A stretch of 64,000 nucleotides of DNA from Piedraia hortae CBS 480.64 (Eukaryota), in the NCBI GenBank assembly GCA_010093745.1, contig MU006018.1, forward strand, positions 1-64,000, given 5' to 3'. The notes beneath the pieces were generated by a model. It saw nothing but the letters and a program-made list of their open reading frames with translations. It ran no database searches and was not told where the DNA came from. Each line of letters starts with the position of its first letter. The first letter of the stretch is position 1. Position numbers and translations under genes: made by a program. Positions 12,466 through 22,709 of this stretch are shown in pieces.

Positions 12466-13699
12466 ATGGCTTCTGTGTTGGTGAAATGCTCTTCACTGGG
12501 AATCAATCGTAGCTGATTTGTCGGTATAAAAAGACGCAACAGTATCCAAAATCTATTGAACAGCACCGATGAAGTGCCCTACCACCAGCGCCGCATCACC
12601 ATCAACGGCAGAGAGTACATGCGCGCTTTTTACCACCGCCTCTACCCGTTTCCGTGTGATAAGGTAATGCTTTCCCTTTTGCTGACGTTCCATCTGACCC
12701 CTCCAGGAAGAGCTCGAGCGGCTGGACATGTTTGGTACTATACTGTACTATATTGTGCTGAGCGACGATCCAGAGCGGGTGGCCAAGGCGAGCTTTGCGC
12801 CGCTAGGTTCGCGCGAGCGGGCGCGAGTCTTGGACGTGGGCTGCGGCACCGGCTGGTGGATTTTGCTACTGGCAGAGAACCGACCGCGCTACGAATACGT
12901 CGGTATCGATCTCGCACAGATTCAGCCGGGTCAACCGGCCAACAAGGCCGATGATCTCCATCCGAACGTCAGAATCGATTTTGACGCTCCAGTAGATATG
13001 AATAGCGGCTCATGGGGGAGGTTCTGTCCCCCAAACTCATTCGATCTCGTCCATGCCGCGCAGCTGCTTGGGTCCGTCCACGACTGGTCCCGCTTCTACC
13101 GCACTGTTTACGAGCAAGTACTCTAAACCTTGTGAATGCCAAACGCTAACCTTTTAAATAGATATGTCAAGCCAGGCGGCTGGGCCGAGTTTGTGGAGAT
13201 TGACTGGACACCGCGATACGATGGCTTATGCAACGAGGACGACCGCCGCGCACTGGAAAAGTGGTGGAATGATCTAGTCCTCGCCTCCCAGACTATGGGA
13301 AGATCGATCCAGCTTCCTCTCCGCGTCGAGCAGCTCATCACACGCGCCGGTTTTGTCAATATCCGCCACGAGATGAGAGCAATGAATTGCGGCCGCAAAG
13401 CTGCTCGCTTCTATGCCGATGAACGCGAACGTTGGCGCGCTGACGCCTGTTACAGGGGTGTTACGGGCTCTATGGGGTGTAAGGACCTCCGACCCTGGAG
13501 TGGACTCTCTATGGAACTACTCACCCGATTTGGTGGGTACACCAGAGCTGAGGTCGAGGCGCTGGATGCTCGCCTCTGTGATGCTATCCTTCGCCCGGAG
13601 AATCCGTTTTATTTCAACATGTAAGTCATCACATCTGTTGAGGGTTGAGGTTGCTAACTGAAAAGACATGTATGGACGGCCGGGAAGCCAATGTATTAA
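12466..13699 (+). CDS. laeA: LaeA-like SAM-dependent methyltransferase
   Basis: YPFPCD-EELERLD, VLDVGCGTGWW, GIDLAQIQP, KPGGWAEFVEIDWTPR and C-terminal IHVWTAGKP. Introns: 12477-12533 (tentative), 12664-12706, 13114-13161 (GC-AG), 13621-13665. Orthologue versus paralogue is not resolved. Confidence 0.7.
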
Positions 13700-13958
13700 T
13701 GGTAATATTTGTGTGAGGATATCTTTTTTTTTTATCGGTTGCAAAGCGTGGCGTTTGTTTTAAGATGGGATAAGCGTCTACTGCGAGCATGGTTAGGCAG
13801 GCATTTGTAACATATTATTTCATTCCACTGAGATACTGAGATACGCTGAAAGTGAAATGCTGTGAAGGTGAGCCATACTGAGATAGTGGGATGAGGTGCT
13901 GAGCCATGGTGAGGATGCTAAGGATGAACGATGCCGAAGAGCTATAAATGAACAAATA

Positions 13959-14743
13959 CTATGATCGAAAAACACCCTCCGGATCAAGACACCCCCTAAT
14001 CTACAACCAGTCAGCACCCACCTTCCCTTGCCTGTCCAAAGACTCACCCTCTGCACAGTCCTCTCAACCGATGGATCTCTCTCCTTCTCACCTTTCCCAG
14101 TCACAACTTCAGTAACAACCCCAAACCCCCCTTTCCTCAACAAGTCAAAAACCCCATCCCCCTTACTCGCCCTCACAACAGTCCCATCCCCAAGCACAGC
14201 CGTAAGTCCAACAACAGGCATATCCTCCCGTTCAAACACTTCCCCAACCGTCCCCCCACGAATAACGCACCCGATCTGGTACCCCCCATCAGTCAATGCA
14301 TTCATCCTCCCCCAACTAAACCTCACATCCCTATTGACCCTCATCCCTCGTTGTGCACAAACCCTCACAACCCCCGCCACCTCCTCGGTATCGCGCGGAG
14401 TAACCCTCAACCCCCTCCCACCCTCCTCAGTAGAAACATTCTCCCTCCCCACAACCTCACCGAAATCAACCCACGCTGCTTGCACATCCTCGCGCGAAGC
14501 ATCCCTCCTCTCTTCCCGTAAGGTAGTAGGACTGATATTCCGCGCGAGGAGATACCCCCCACCTATACCCACGACAAGAGCGAGTGGAACACTCCACGGC
14601 GGCGTCCCTCTTGATGTCCGCGCAGACGCAAAGCGTAGGGTCGAGGCACGTTCGCGCGCGAGGCGAGATTGGATTGAGGATTGGAGTTGGGACTCGAATT
14701 TTGAATAGAGTCTTTGTTGGGGGAGGCGGGTTAGGGGGCGCAT
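13959..14743 (-). CDS. Short, degenerate FAD-linked oxidase / D-lactate dehydrogenase (DLD1)-like protein
   Basis: Mitochondrial-type leader, one TM segment, AWVDFGEVVGRENVST, PRDTEEVAGVVRVC and VVGLTAVLGDGTVVR. Intron 14001-14047 gives the C-terminus IRGCLDPEGVF. Confidence 0.6.
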
Positions 14744-14997
14744 TCTTGGGTAGTTATTTGGGATGCTGTCGCTGCTCGTCTTGATAATGATGATGATTGG
14801 AGATTCGATTCGGGACGGGCCGGCGGGAGCGGGCCGGAGGGGTTTTCGGGAGGAGTTTTTGTTGGGTTTTGCACAAACACACACGCACGCACATTCGGGC
14901 TTCACGCTGCGGGGAGCGGGCGGTGGTGGTGCTGATTCGGTCGCAGACTTGCAGGAAGACTTTGAGATTGTCCGCCGCAGAGCACTGCTACCAACAG

Positions 14998-15149
14998 GTA
15001 CGTTCTTCCAGTCGTTGCCTGAGCAATGATGACTACTATTCACACTGTCTGAATGTCACAATGAAGATGTAACCAATTGTTCCTGCTGAGCTTTCTACAT
15101 TGACACTCTGTTCTTATCGTTATCATAACTGTGCTAACGTTACCGACAG
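14998..15149 (+). other. Spliceosomal intron of a putative non-coding snoRNA host transcript
   Basis: CAG|GTACGT donor at 14998, GCTAAC branch point near 15133, ACAG acceptor ending 15149. It encloses the snoRNA, and the flanking exons have no convincing ORF. Confidence 0.7.
15022..15093 (+). ncRNA. Box C/D snoRNA with two rRNA guides (snR51/snR41-like)
   Basis: Box C ATGATGA 15026-15032, D' CTGA 15049-15052, C' ATGAAGA 15061-15067, D CTGA 15086-15089. The D' guide TATTCACACTG pairs with LSU rRNA CAGUGUGAAUA. The D guide CCAATTGTTCCT pairs with SSU rRNA AGGAACAAUUGG. Confidence 0.85.
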
Positions 15150-15206
15150 ATACATCTAATAGCTACTACATACAACTTTTCCACAATCTATGGATTGTTA
15201 TGCATT

Positions 15207-16157
15207 TCAAGACTCCTCACCTTTCTTTTTTTCTCTCTTCGCCCACCGCAGCCCACAGGCGTTGCAGAGGGTTTTTGGCCCCTTGGGACCCTTGCGCCAC
15301 TCAGGCGAGTCGAGAGTGCCGCAGTCGGAGCAGACGTATTCGTCGGCCATGCGTGCCCTTCGTTTCTCTTTTCCTTTTGGTTCCTGTGCTGTTGGTGCCG
15401 TTCCCGCAGGGTGTATCAACTTCGCGTCGGCGTCGCCTGTGCTGATTCCCACACTGCGCTCGCCATCTCGGTACTGCAACCCGGTGAGGAGCTCAATACG
15501 CTCATAATGGTTCGACGTCTCGAAGCGGGACATTTTATCGGCGATGCTATCTGGTTTCTGTACCGACAGCGCCGAGTCGAGGTTCTCCCGTGTGAGCGGC
15601 GGCTTAGGCGGGCCCATGGGTTGGAGATCCAAAACATTGGTGCTTGCGCCCGGCCGTTCTTGCTGCTCAAGAAACGATTGCAGCTCTTCGTCGCGATCGT
15701 CGGCCTCTTGCTGCTTGAGTTCGGCGATCCGCTTCATCAGCCGCTCGTTCTCCATCTTGTGCTCCAGCAGCGAATCCAGCAGCATGTTGTTCGGTGTCAC
15801 GTATGGTCTAGAGGATATAAAAAAGCCGCGGTAGTCCATGGTGGAGCTGGGCACGTCGGTAGGCGCCACGTGTGCGTGGCCGGTGCATTCGAGCAGCACA
15901 TACGAGCCATCGACATGGCGGAAACGGTAGAAGAACCGCATGGGGACACCAGTCGTGATGCTTTCGTTGAACTCTCGCGTGAAAGGGTCGACGTCCTCAG
16001 AATGGAGAAAGTCGCCGATGGATTGACCAGACACGTCTGCGACCTCATGGCCAGTCACCGCAGTTACGGATGGCGACACGTACAGAATCCGGCCGACTGG
16101 GTCCAACACCTTCAGCACATCCGCTACTGCCTCAACCACGTGCTGCTCGTCGTCCAT
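15207..16157 (-). CDS. wc-2: White collar-2 / LreB PAS-GATA zinc-finger transcription factor
   Basis: PAS domain (GRILYVSPS...FFYRFR), [15 protein letters not shown] coiled coil, [18 protein letters not shown] and GATA finger [30 protein letters not shown]. Confidence 0.88.
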   Translation of the reverse strand: MDDEQHVVEAVADVLKVLDPVGRILYVSPSVTAVTGHEVADVSGQSIGDFLHSEDVDPFTREFNESITTGVPMRFFYRFRHVDGSYVLLECTGHAHVAPTDVPSSTMDYRGFFISSRPYVTPNNMLLDSLLEHKMENERLMKRIAELKQQEADDRDEELQSFLEQQERPGASTNVLDLQPMGPPKPPLTRENLDSALSVQKPDSIADKMSRFETSNHYERIELLTGLQYRDGERSVGISTGDADAKLIHPAGTAPTAQEPKGKEKRRARMADEYVCSDCGTLDSPEWRKGPKGPKTLCNACGLRWAKREKKKGEES

Positions 16158-16332
16158 GTCATCATCCCGCCATGATGGGCAGAACACCAAACAGCCGTTA
16201 GTAACAGATCCACTAAGGTGCGGCCCGATAAGCGTCCGATTGCACTAGGCCCGGGCCGTCTTCACCCGCCCCGTTTGGACGAACTGCTCAGCTTCAGTCC
16301 ATGTAAACAGCTAATAGGTAGACGGGTAGACC

Positions 16333-19300
16333 ATGTCCAGCATAGACAAACTCTCCATCCTGGGCATCCGCTCGTTTGACAACTCCCGCTCAGAAACGAT
16401 CCAGTTCCACCGGCCACTGACCCTTATCGTGGGCACCAACGGCTCCGGCAAGACAACGATTATCGAATGTCTGAAATATGTAACAACGGGGGAACTACCA
16501 CCCAACAGTCGGTCTGGCGCCTTCATCCACGATCCCAAGATATGCGGCGAGAGCGAAGTCCTGGCGCAGGTGAAGCTATCCTTCAAGAGCATCCAAGGCG
16601 CACGCATGGTATGCACTCGCAACCTACAATTAACCGCCAAAAAAGCCTCGCGCACCTTCAAAACACTAGAAGGCAGCATCCTAATCGTCAAAAACGGTGA
16701 AAAATCCACCATGAGTTCACGCGTGGCAGAGCTCAACTCTCTCATGCCGCAATATCTCGGCGTGTCAAAAGCAATCCTAGAAAACGTCATCTTCTGTCAC
16801 CAAGACGAATCCCTCTGGCCGCTTTCCGCCCCAGCAGATCTCAAAAAACGCTTCGATGAGATTTTCGAGGCGATGAAATATACAAAAGCAATTGACAATA
16901 TCAAGTCGATGCAGAAACATCACAAGATGAACTTGATCGGGATGAAGAAGGATGAGGAGTTTGCGCAGGTTAATAAAGCCAAGGCGAAGAAGGTGGAGAA
17001 ACAGATGGAGAAGTTGAGTGCGGAATGTGATGAATTGCGCGCTCAGAGTGAGCAGTTTGATGCTCGTATCAAGGAAGCTGCAAAGCTGGCTGAAGCGGCG
17101 TGGGCAAAGGCCGAACAAGCCGGGATGATTGCCGGAGAGTTGGTGGGGAAGAGAATTGAAATGCGGTCCAAGGAGGAGAGTGTGCAGAGTTTGCGGGAGC
17201 ATTTGGAGGAGATGTCAGATCCTGATCAGGAACTGCAGAATATGCTGGAGCAGTATGAGGATCGTGTTCAGCGGATTACAGACGATCTGGATGCGTCAAA
17301 GGAGCGGTACAGGTCCCTAGACGGGGAAATTCAAGCTGCCCGCCAGAAAGTCAGTGCTAAAGAGCGTGAGTGCGGTGTCCACGAGGCAGAAGCCCAACAC
17401 TACGAAAATCAAATGCAAACGCGTCAGCAACTCGTAAAGGACACAGCGCGGAGGTACAATATCCGTGGCTATGAAGGGAATGTTGACGGCAAAAAGGCAG
17501 TAGCCTTCATGAATAAGATCTCCACCACAGCGCGCGAACAAACCGCCGCTTTTGAACGTGCGAGGAGGGAGACGCAGGAGGCATTGCAGAACGCCCAATC
17601 AGCACTGGCAGAAATCAACCAGAAGAAATCAACCCTCAACTCGCAAAAAGAATCAGCCAGACAGACTATTTCCACAAATGACACCAAAATCGGGAAACTC
17701 CTCGACCATATCAGCCGCATCACCATCGATGAGAGCGCAAAATTTGCCATGGTGTCTTCACAGACTGACATCGAGACACGGCTGGGTGAGTTCAAAACGA
17801 AAATGCAGACCGCAGATTGGGATACACGTCTGCAGACGGAAGAATCTGCCCAGCGAAGCCTGGACGATCGCAAAGATGCGCTCGATGCTGAACTTGTCGA
17901 GAACACGAAGCAAGCGCGGGAGTCTGCCCGGCTAGATTTCGTACAGCAGGAACTGAGAACTCGCGAGGAGAGGCTTGATACGCTCACGCGTACGCACTCG
18001 GACGAGCTGAGTTACGCCTTGGGATGTCCATTCAGTCCAAAGACGGTGGAGAAGGAATTCCAAGCCCTCCTTGATCGTCGGGGAAATGAACTCGTCGAGG
18101 CTGAACGTCAGAGGGATGGCGTCGCACGGGAAGCGGAGCAGGTTGAATGGAAGCATGCTGCTGCTTTGAAAGATGTTGCGGCAAAGCATATGGAGTTGAA
18201 AGATTGCGCTGCAAAAATTTGGACGGCTTTGGGCTGTGAACCTACTAGATACCCCAAAGAAGTTGAGATGTTAGAGGAGGAGAGGGAGAACTACCGCGCA
18301 AGATCGGAGTATAATGATGTCCTCTTCGATTACTTTGATGAGTGTCTTTTCTGGGCTAGAAAGGAGAAGAATCAAGAACGTGTCTGCAGGACCTGCACGA
18401 GGGTGCTAAAGGATGGTGCAGAGGTTAGGAATTTGGAGCAGAGTATTGAAATGACCAAGAGTAAGGTCCAGGGAGATGCTGATAAGACGGTTGAGGATCT
18501 TGCTGCCGTGGAGAGGAAACTCGCAGAGGCCAAGGCGGTTAATGTGCACTATGAATCTTGGGAGAGACTACACGGGAGGGCTATCTCCAAGGCTCAGCAG
18601 TTGGAGAGTGAACTTGAGAGTCAGAGGGCGGAGTTGAGCAGACAACGGGATGAGCATGATCAGGAGGTGGTCAAACGACAAGACTCCAAGCGTCAGGTTC
18701 AGGGTTTGTCTCATACCGTGCAGACTATAACGAAGCTTTATGGGGAGGTTACCAACTTCAAGGATCAACTGAGTGAGCTTTCGCAGAGGTTGTCTGGCGG
18801 CGAGACCCTTCGCGACCTGGAGCAGATCCAGGAGGATCAAAAGGCTGTTGCCGACGAATCGCGCGCTGTGAAGGCTCGACTACAGGATATAACCAAAGAG
18901 CGCGACCGCGTGCGTAATCAGGTTAACCGTCTGGAGCTTGAGCTGCGTGATGTGCGAAGTAGACTCAGCACAGCTGAATACGAGCTAAAGGAGAAGCGCA
19001 CGTTGGAGGATCAGGTGGAAGAGCTACGTAGCCGTAGCAACGAAGAGCGTCAGTCTGTGGAGAGGTTCAACGCAGAGCTGGCTACCCTTGGTCCGCAACT
19101 ATCCCAGGCGCAGGAGAGATACAATGATATCTCCCGCCGAGGAGCAGAAAGAGACCGCCAGCTCCAGCATGAGATAGACCAGCTAAACAGCCACGTCAAC
19201 CAACTCAAGCTTGCCAATGAGGAGATTGAAAGCTATCTCTCCCGCGGCGGCTTGGACCAAGTCAGTCGCGGACGGGATGAAGTTGAAAGCTTAAAGAACG

Positions 19301-20271
19301 CCGTATCAAGTCTCCTGTCAGAGCAAACCGAAGCAGTTGACCTCGTGCGAGAGCTTGAGAACCAACTCCGCAATCACGCCGAAACCAAGCGCAGCATCGC
19401 CGATAACCAGCGGTACCGTCGAGACCTCAAGCAACTAGCCCAAGTGCGCGCCGAAATCGCCGAGCTCGAGACACACAACGCCGAAGCTGACAAAGCGCAC
19501 TACGAAGCTGAAGGCGGCAAATACCAACACCAACGCAACCAACTCGCTGCCGAACAAGCCACAGTAATCGGCTCTCTAAAATCCAAAGACGAAACCCTCG
19601 TCCAACTTCTCTCCAACTACGACACCGAGTACAAAAACTCGGCCCGAGAATACAAACAAGCACACATCAAAGTCGAAACAACCAAAGCATGTATCGAAGA
19701 CCTATCCCGTTACGGCGGCGCCCTTGACCAAGCAGTCATGAAATTTCACTCCCTCAAAATGTCCGAAATTAACCGCATAATCGAAGAACTCTGGCGAAAA
19801 ACCTACCAGGGTACGGATGTCGATACAATCCTCATCCGCAGCGAAAGCGATCCTGATTCTAAAAAAGCCTCGTCGGGAGGGAAGTCGTATAATTACAGAG
19901 TCTGTATGGTTAAGCAGGATGCGGAGATGGATATGCGGGGACGGTGCTCCGCGGGGCAGAAGGTCCTTGCTTCAATCATTATTCGACTGGCGTTAGCAGA
20001 GTGCTTTGGTGCGAATTGTGGGTTAATTGCGCTTGATGAGCCGACAACAAATCTCGATAGGGAAAATATCCGCGCGCTGGCGGAGTCGTTGAGTGAGATT
20101 ATTAGGGTGAGGAAGCAACAGAGGAATTTTCAGCTGATTGTTATTACACATGACGAGGAGTTTTTGAGGGAAATGAGATGTGCGGATTTTGCGGATGTGT
20201 ATTATCGCGTTGATCGCTCAGCGGAGATGAAGAGTATTATTGAGCGGCAGAGTATCGCGGAGGTAGTATAG
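16333..20271 (+). CDS. RAD50: DNA repair protein Rad50
   Basis: Walker A GTNGSGKT, long coiled coils with a CRTC zinc hook, signature CSAGQ and Walker B/D-loop LIALDEPTTNLD. Intronless, 1312 aa. Confidence 0.97.
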   Translation: MSSIDKLSILGIRSFDNSRSETIQFHRPLTLIVGTNGSGKTTIIECLKYVTTGELPPNSRSGAFIHDPKICGESEVLAQVKLSFKSIQGARMVCTRNLQLTAKKASRTFKTLEGSILIVKNGEKSTMSSRVAELNSLMPQYLGVSKAILENVIFCHQDESLWPLSAPADLKKRFDEIFEAMKYTKAIDNIKSMQKHHKMNLIGMKKDEEFAQVNKAKAKKVEKQMEKLSAECDELRAQSEQFDARIKEAAKLAEAAWAKAEQAGMIAGELVGKRIEMRSKEESVQSLREHLEEMSDPDQELQNMLEQYEDRVQRITDDLDASKERYRSLDGEIQAARQKVSAKERECGVHEAEAQHYENQMQTRQQLVKDTARRYNIRGYEGNVDGKKAVAFMNKISTTAREQTAAFERARRETQEALQNAQSALAEINQKKSTLNSQKESARQTISTNDTKIGKLLDHISRITIDESAKFAMVSSQTDIETRLGEFKTKMQTADWDTRLQTEESAQRSLDDRKDALDAELVENTKQARESARLDFVQQELRTREERLDTLTRTHSDELSYALGCPFSPKTVEKEFQALLDRRGNELVEAERQRDGVAREAEQVEWKHAAALKDVAAKHMELKDCAAKIWTALGCEPTRYPKEVEMLEEERENYRARSEYNDVLFDYFDECLFWARKEKNQERVCRTCTRVLKDGAEVRNLEQSIEMTKSKVQGDADKTVEDLAAVERKLAEAKAVNVHYESWERLHGRAISKAQQLESELESQRAELSRQRDEHDQEVVKRQDSKRQVQGLSHTVQTITKLYGEVTNFKDQLSELSQRLSGGETLRDLEQIQEDQKAVADESRAVKARLQDITKERDRVRNQVNRLELELRDVRSRLSTAEYELKEKRTLEDQVEELRSRSNEERQSVERFNAELATLGPQLSQAQERYNDISRRGAERDRQLQHEIDQLNSHVNQLKLANEEIESYLSRGGLDQVSRGRDEVESLKNAVSSLLSEQTEAVDLVRELENQLRNHAETKRSIADNQRYRRDLKQLAQVRAEIAELETHNAEADKAHYEAEGGKYQHQRNQLAAEQATVIGSLKSKDETLVQLLSNYDTEYKNSAREYKQAHIKVETTKACIEDLSRYGGALDQAVMKFHSLKMSEINRIIEELWRKTYQGTDVDTILIRSESDPDSKKASSGGKSYNYRVCMVKQDAEMDMRGRCSAGQKVLASIIIRLALAECFGANCGLIALDEPTTNLDRENIRALAESLSEIIRVRKQQRNFQLIVITHDEEFLREMRCADFADVYYRVDRSAEMKSIIERQSIAEVV

Positions 20272-21176
20272 GGAGTTTGGGTGGTGGGATTCATATGTAT
20301 TTTAGCGTGCTAGCTTCAGATGTGAGAGTAAGTTTTTGACAGTGCACTTCCATTTGGAAAAGTGTTGACGCGAGACATGGTCAAGGAGTCGACATTGAGA
20401 GGGATTGAGGCCTGCGAATTCGACGACTCAGTGTGCGTGAGGCTTGGCAGGGCTATTCTAGATGATGAGGGGAGATTTGATAGTCAAGAATCAAGCGTTT
20501 AATTGCGCCGGTGGTTCTTGGTTGACGTCGTCTCACCAATCATGGATTCTCGGGCTTGTGCCACAGATGTGCGAGATCCCCACCAAGGGCCCAGGCCCCA
20601 GCCATCGTGATCGACAGGGCAAGCACATGTGACTGACGTGCGTCAACATGAGATCAGCTGGCCTTCCCTGCACGAGGTGTAACGGGAAGGCTGCAGTACG
20701 CTTGAACACGATGCATACACAACTGTTCAGTGAACCATTCGCTTTAAATGTAGACAAGCTGTGTGTTCCTGGTGAACAGGAGCCGGGCAGGTACCGAAAG
20801 CGGAAAGGCGGAAGGATTTGGCGTGCGCGGAACAGCGGGAGAAGGGTTTAGTGAAACGGCAACGCATGCGGCTTAAGCATATCCTTACGTAGGTGTCCGA
20901 ATGTTGGGCGGATTTGTCACCCCTGACGGCGGTCACAAGATTAAAAGGCGCACGCTAAAAGGAAGGAAAGACGCGCTATGCCAGCGCTACGCAGACGCTA
21001 CGGACACTAAAAGAAGACTAACGCCCAGAATACCGCCGCACACCTTGCATTCCGCCCCGGGCACCCCGTCAACCGCGTTATCCTTGTTTTAACCGTATTC
21101 CGCAGTACTCCCTTTTCCGTTCGCTGCGCGGTTTCTTTACCTTCACACATTCTCACACTCGCTGTAGACTGTCATC

Positions 21177-22494
21177 ATGTTGCGTACTGCAGTTGCTGCT
21201 CTTGCGCTACTTGCGACCGCCAATGCGGCTCCGTATGTGGAATCCACGCCCCCGCCCCCGCTGTAACTCGTACTGACAGGATGGCAGTTCCAAACGCAGC
21301 GGCGCCACGGGCGGAATCAACTGGGGCAAGGATACGGTGCGCGGTGTCAACCTCGGCGGCTGGTTGGTGCTAGAGCCGTACATTACGCCCTCCATATTCA
21401 AACCTTACGACCCGTCGTCCGGCGTCGTCGATGAATACACGCTGTGCCAGAAGCTGGGCAAATCTGAATGCTACAACACGCTGAAGCCGCACTGGGACAA
21501 TTGGGTGACGCTGGCCGATTTCCAGAAGATTGCAAAGTCGGGCTTCAACATTGTGCGGCTGCCTGTCGGTTATTGGGCTTACGATGACTCTGGTTCGCCA
21601 TACTCCAAGGGCGCCGCGCCGTACGTAGACAAGGCGATTAATTGGGCCCGCCAGGTTGGTGTCAAAGTCATTGTCGACCTTCACGGCGTGCCGGGCTCGC
21701 AAAATGGTTTCGACAACTCAGGCCAGCGGCTGTCCACGCCTGGCTGGACGCAGGGCGACAATGTGCAGCGCACGCTGGACATCCTCAAGATTATTGAGAA
21801 GAAATACGGCGATTCGCAGTACGACGACGTGGTGGCTGCCATCAACCTGATCAACGAGCCACTGACTCCCAACATCCCAAATGGAGTGGCTATCACGAAG
21901 CAGTACATGCGTGATGCCTATGGCAACCTGCGCGATGTTTCTCAGAGCCGCGTGGTGACCATTAGCGACGGCTTCCAGCCCGTTTCATCCTACAACGGTT
22001 GGATGACGCCGTCGGACAATAATGTGCAGAACGTAGTCATGGACCACCACGAGTACCAATGCTTCACCAACGAACTCGTCGCCATGAAACCGTGGCAGCA
22101 CCGCCAATACGTCTGTAACGCAGGCGCATCGTATGCTGGAGGCGACAAATGGACTATTATCGGCGAGTGGTCAGCTGCCATGACCGACTGCGCTGCCGCC
22201 CTCAACGGCTACGGAATCGGTGCTCGCTACGATGGGACCTACCCCGGCTCGACCTACCACGGCTCCTGCGACGGCAAAAACTCCATTGACCAGTGGTCCG
22301 AGTCCTGGAAGAACGACGTGCGCGGTTTCATTGAAGCCCAGATGGAGGTATACGAGAAGCGAACCAACGGCTGGATCTTCTGGAACTTCAAGACCGAAGG
22401 AGCCCCCGATTGGGATGCCTTCCGTCTTATCGATGCCGGAATCTTCCCCCAGCCGCTCAGCGATCGCAAATTCGGCGCCATTTGCACCAACTAG
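21177..22494 (+). CDS. EXG1: Secreted GH5 exo-beta-1,3-glucanase (Exg1/ExgA-like)
   Basis: Signal peptide MLRTAVAALALLATANAA; intron 21233-21287; RGVNLGGWLVLEP, SQNGFDNSG and the catalytic NEP and GEWS motifs. Confidence 0.9.
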
Positions 22495-22709
22495 ACTAAT
22501 TACACTCCTTATTGCGTTGTGATAGATGGAGTTGGCGGTTTTTGTTAATATGATTAATCCGACATACCCTATGAAAAATTATTGTGCGCCCAAGAATCTG
22601 TCATTCTCAGTAGTTAACCATGCTATGAACAATTTTCTCGTAAGAAACATGGTTCTCGTATCCAATCTGAACCAAAACTCCAATAACCAGAGGGTGACGA
22701 GTGCTGTGA

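Noticed and set aside
15195..16175. 326-aa plus-strand ORF
   Set aside because: Antisense shadow of wc-2 with no recognisable motifs.
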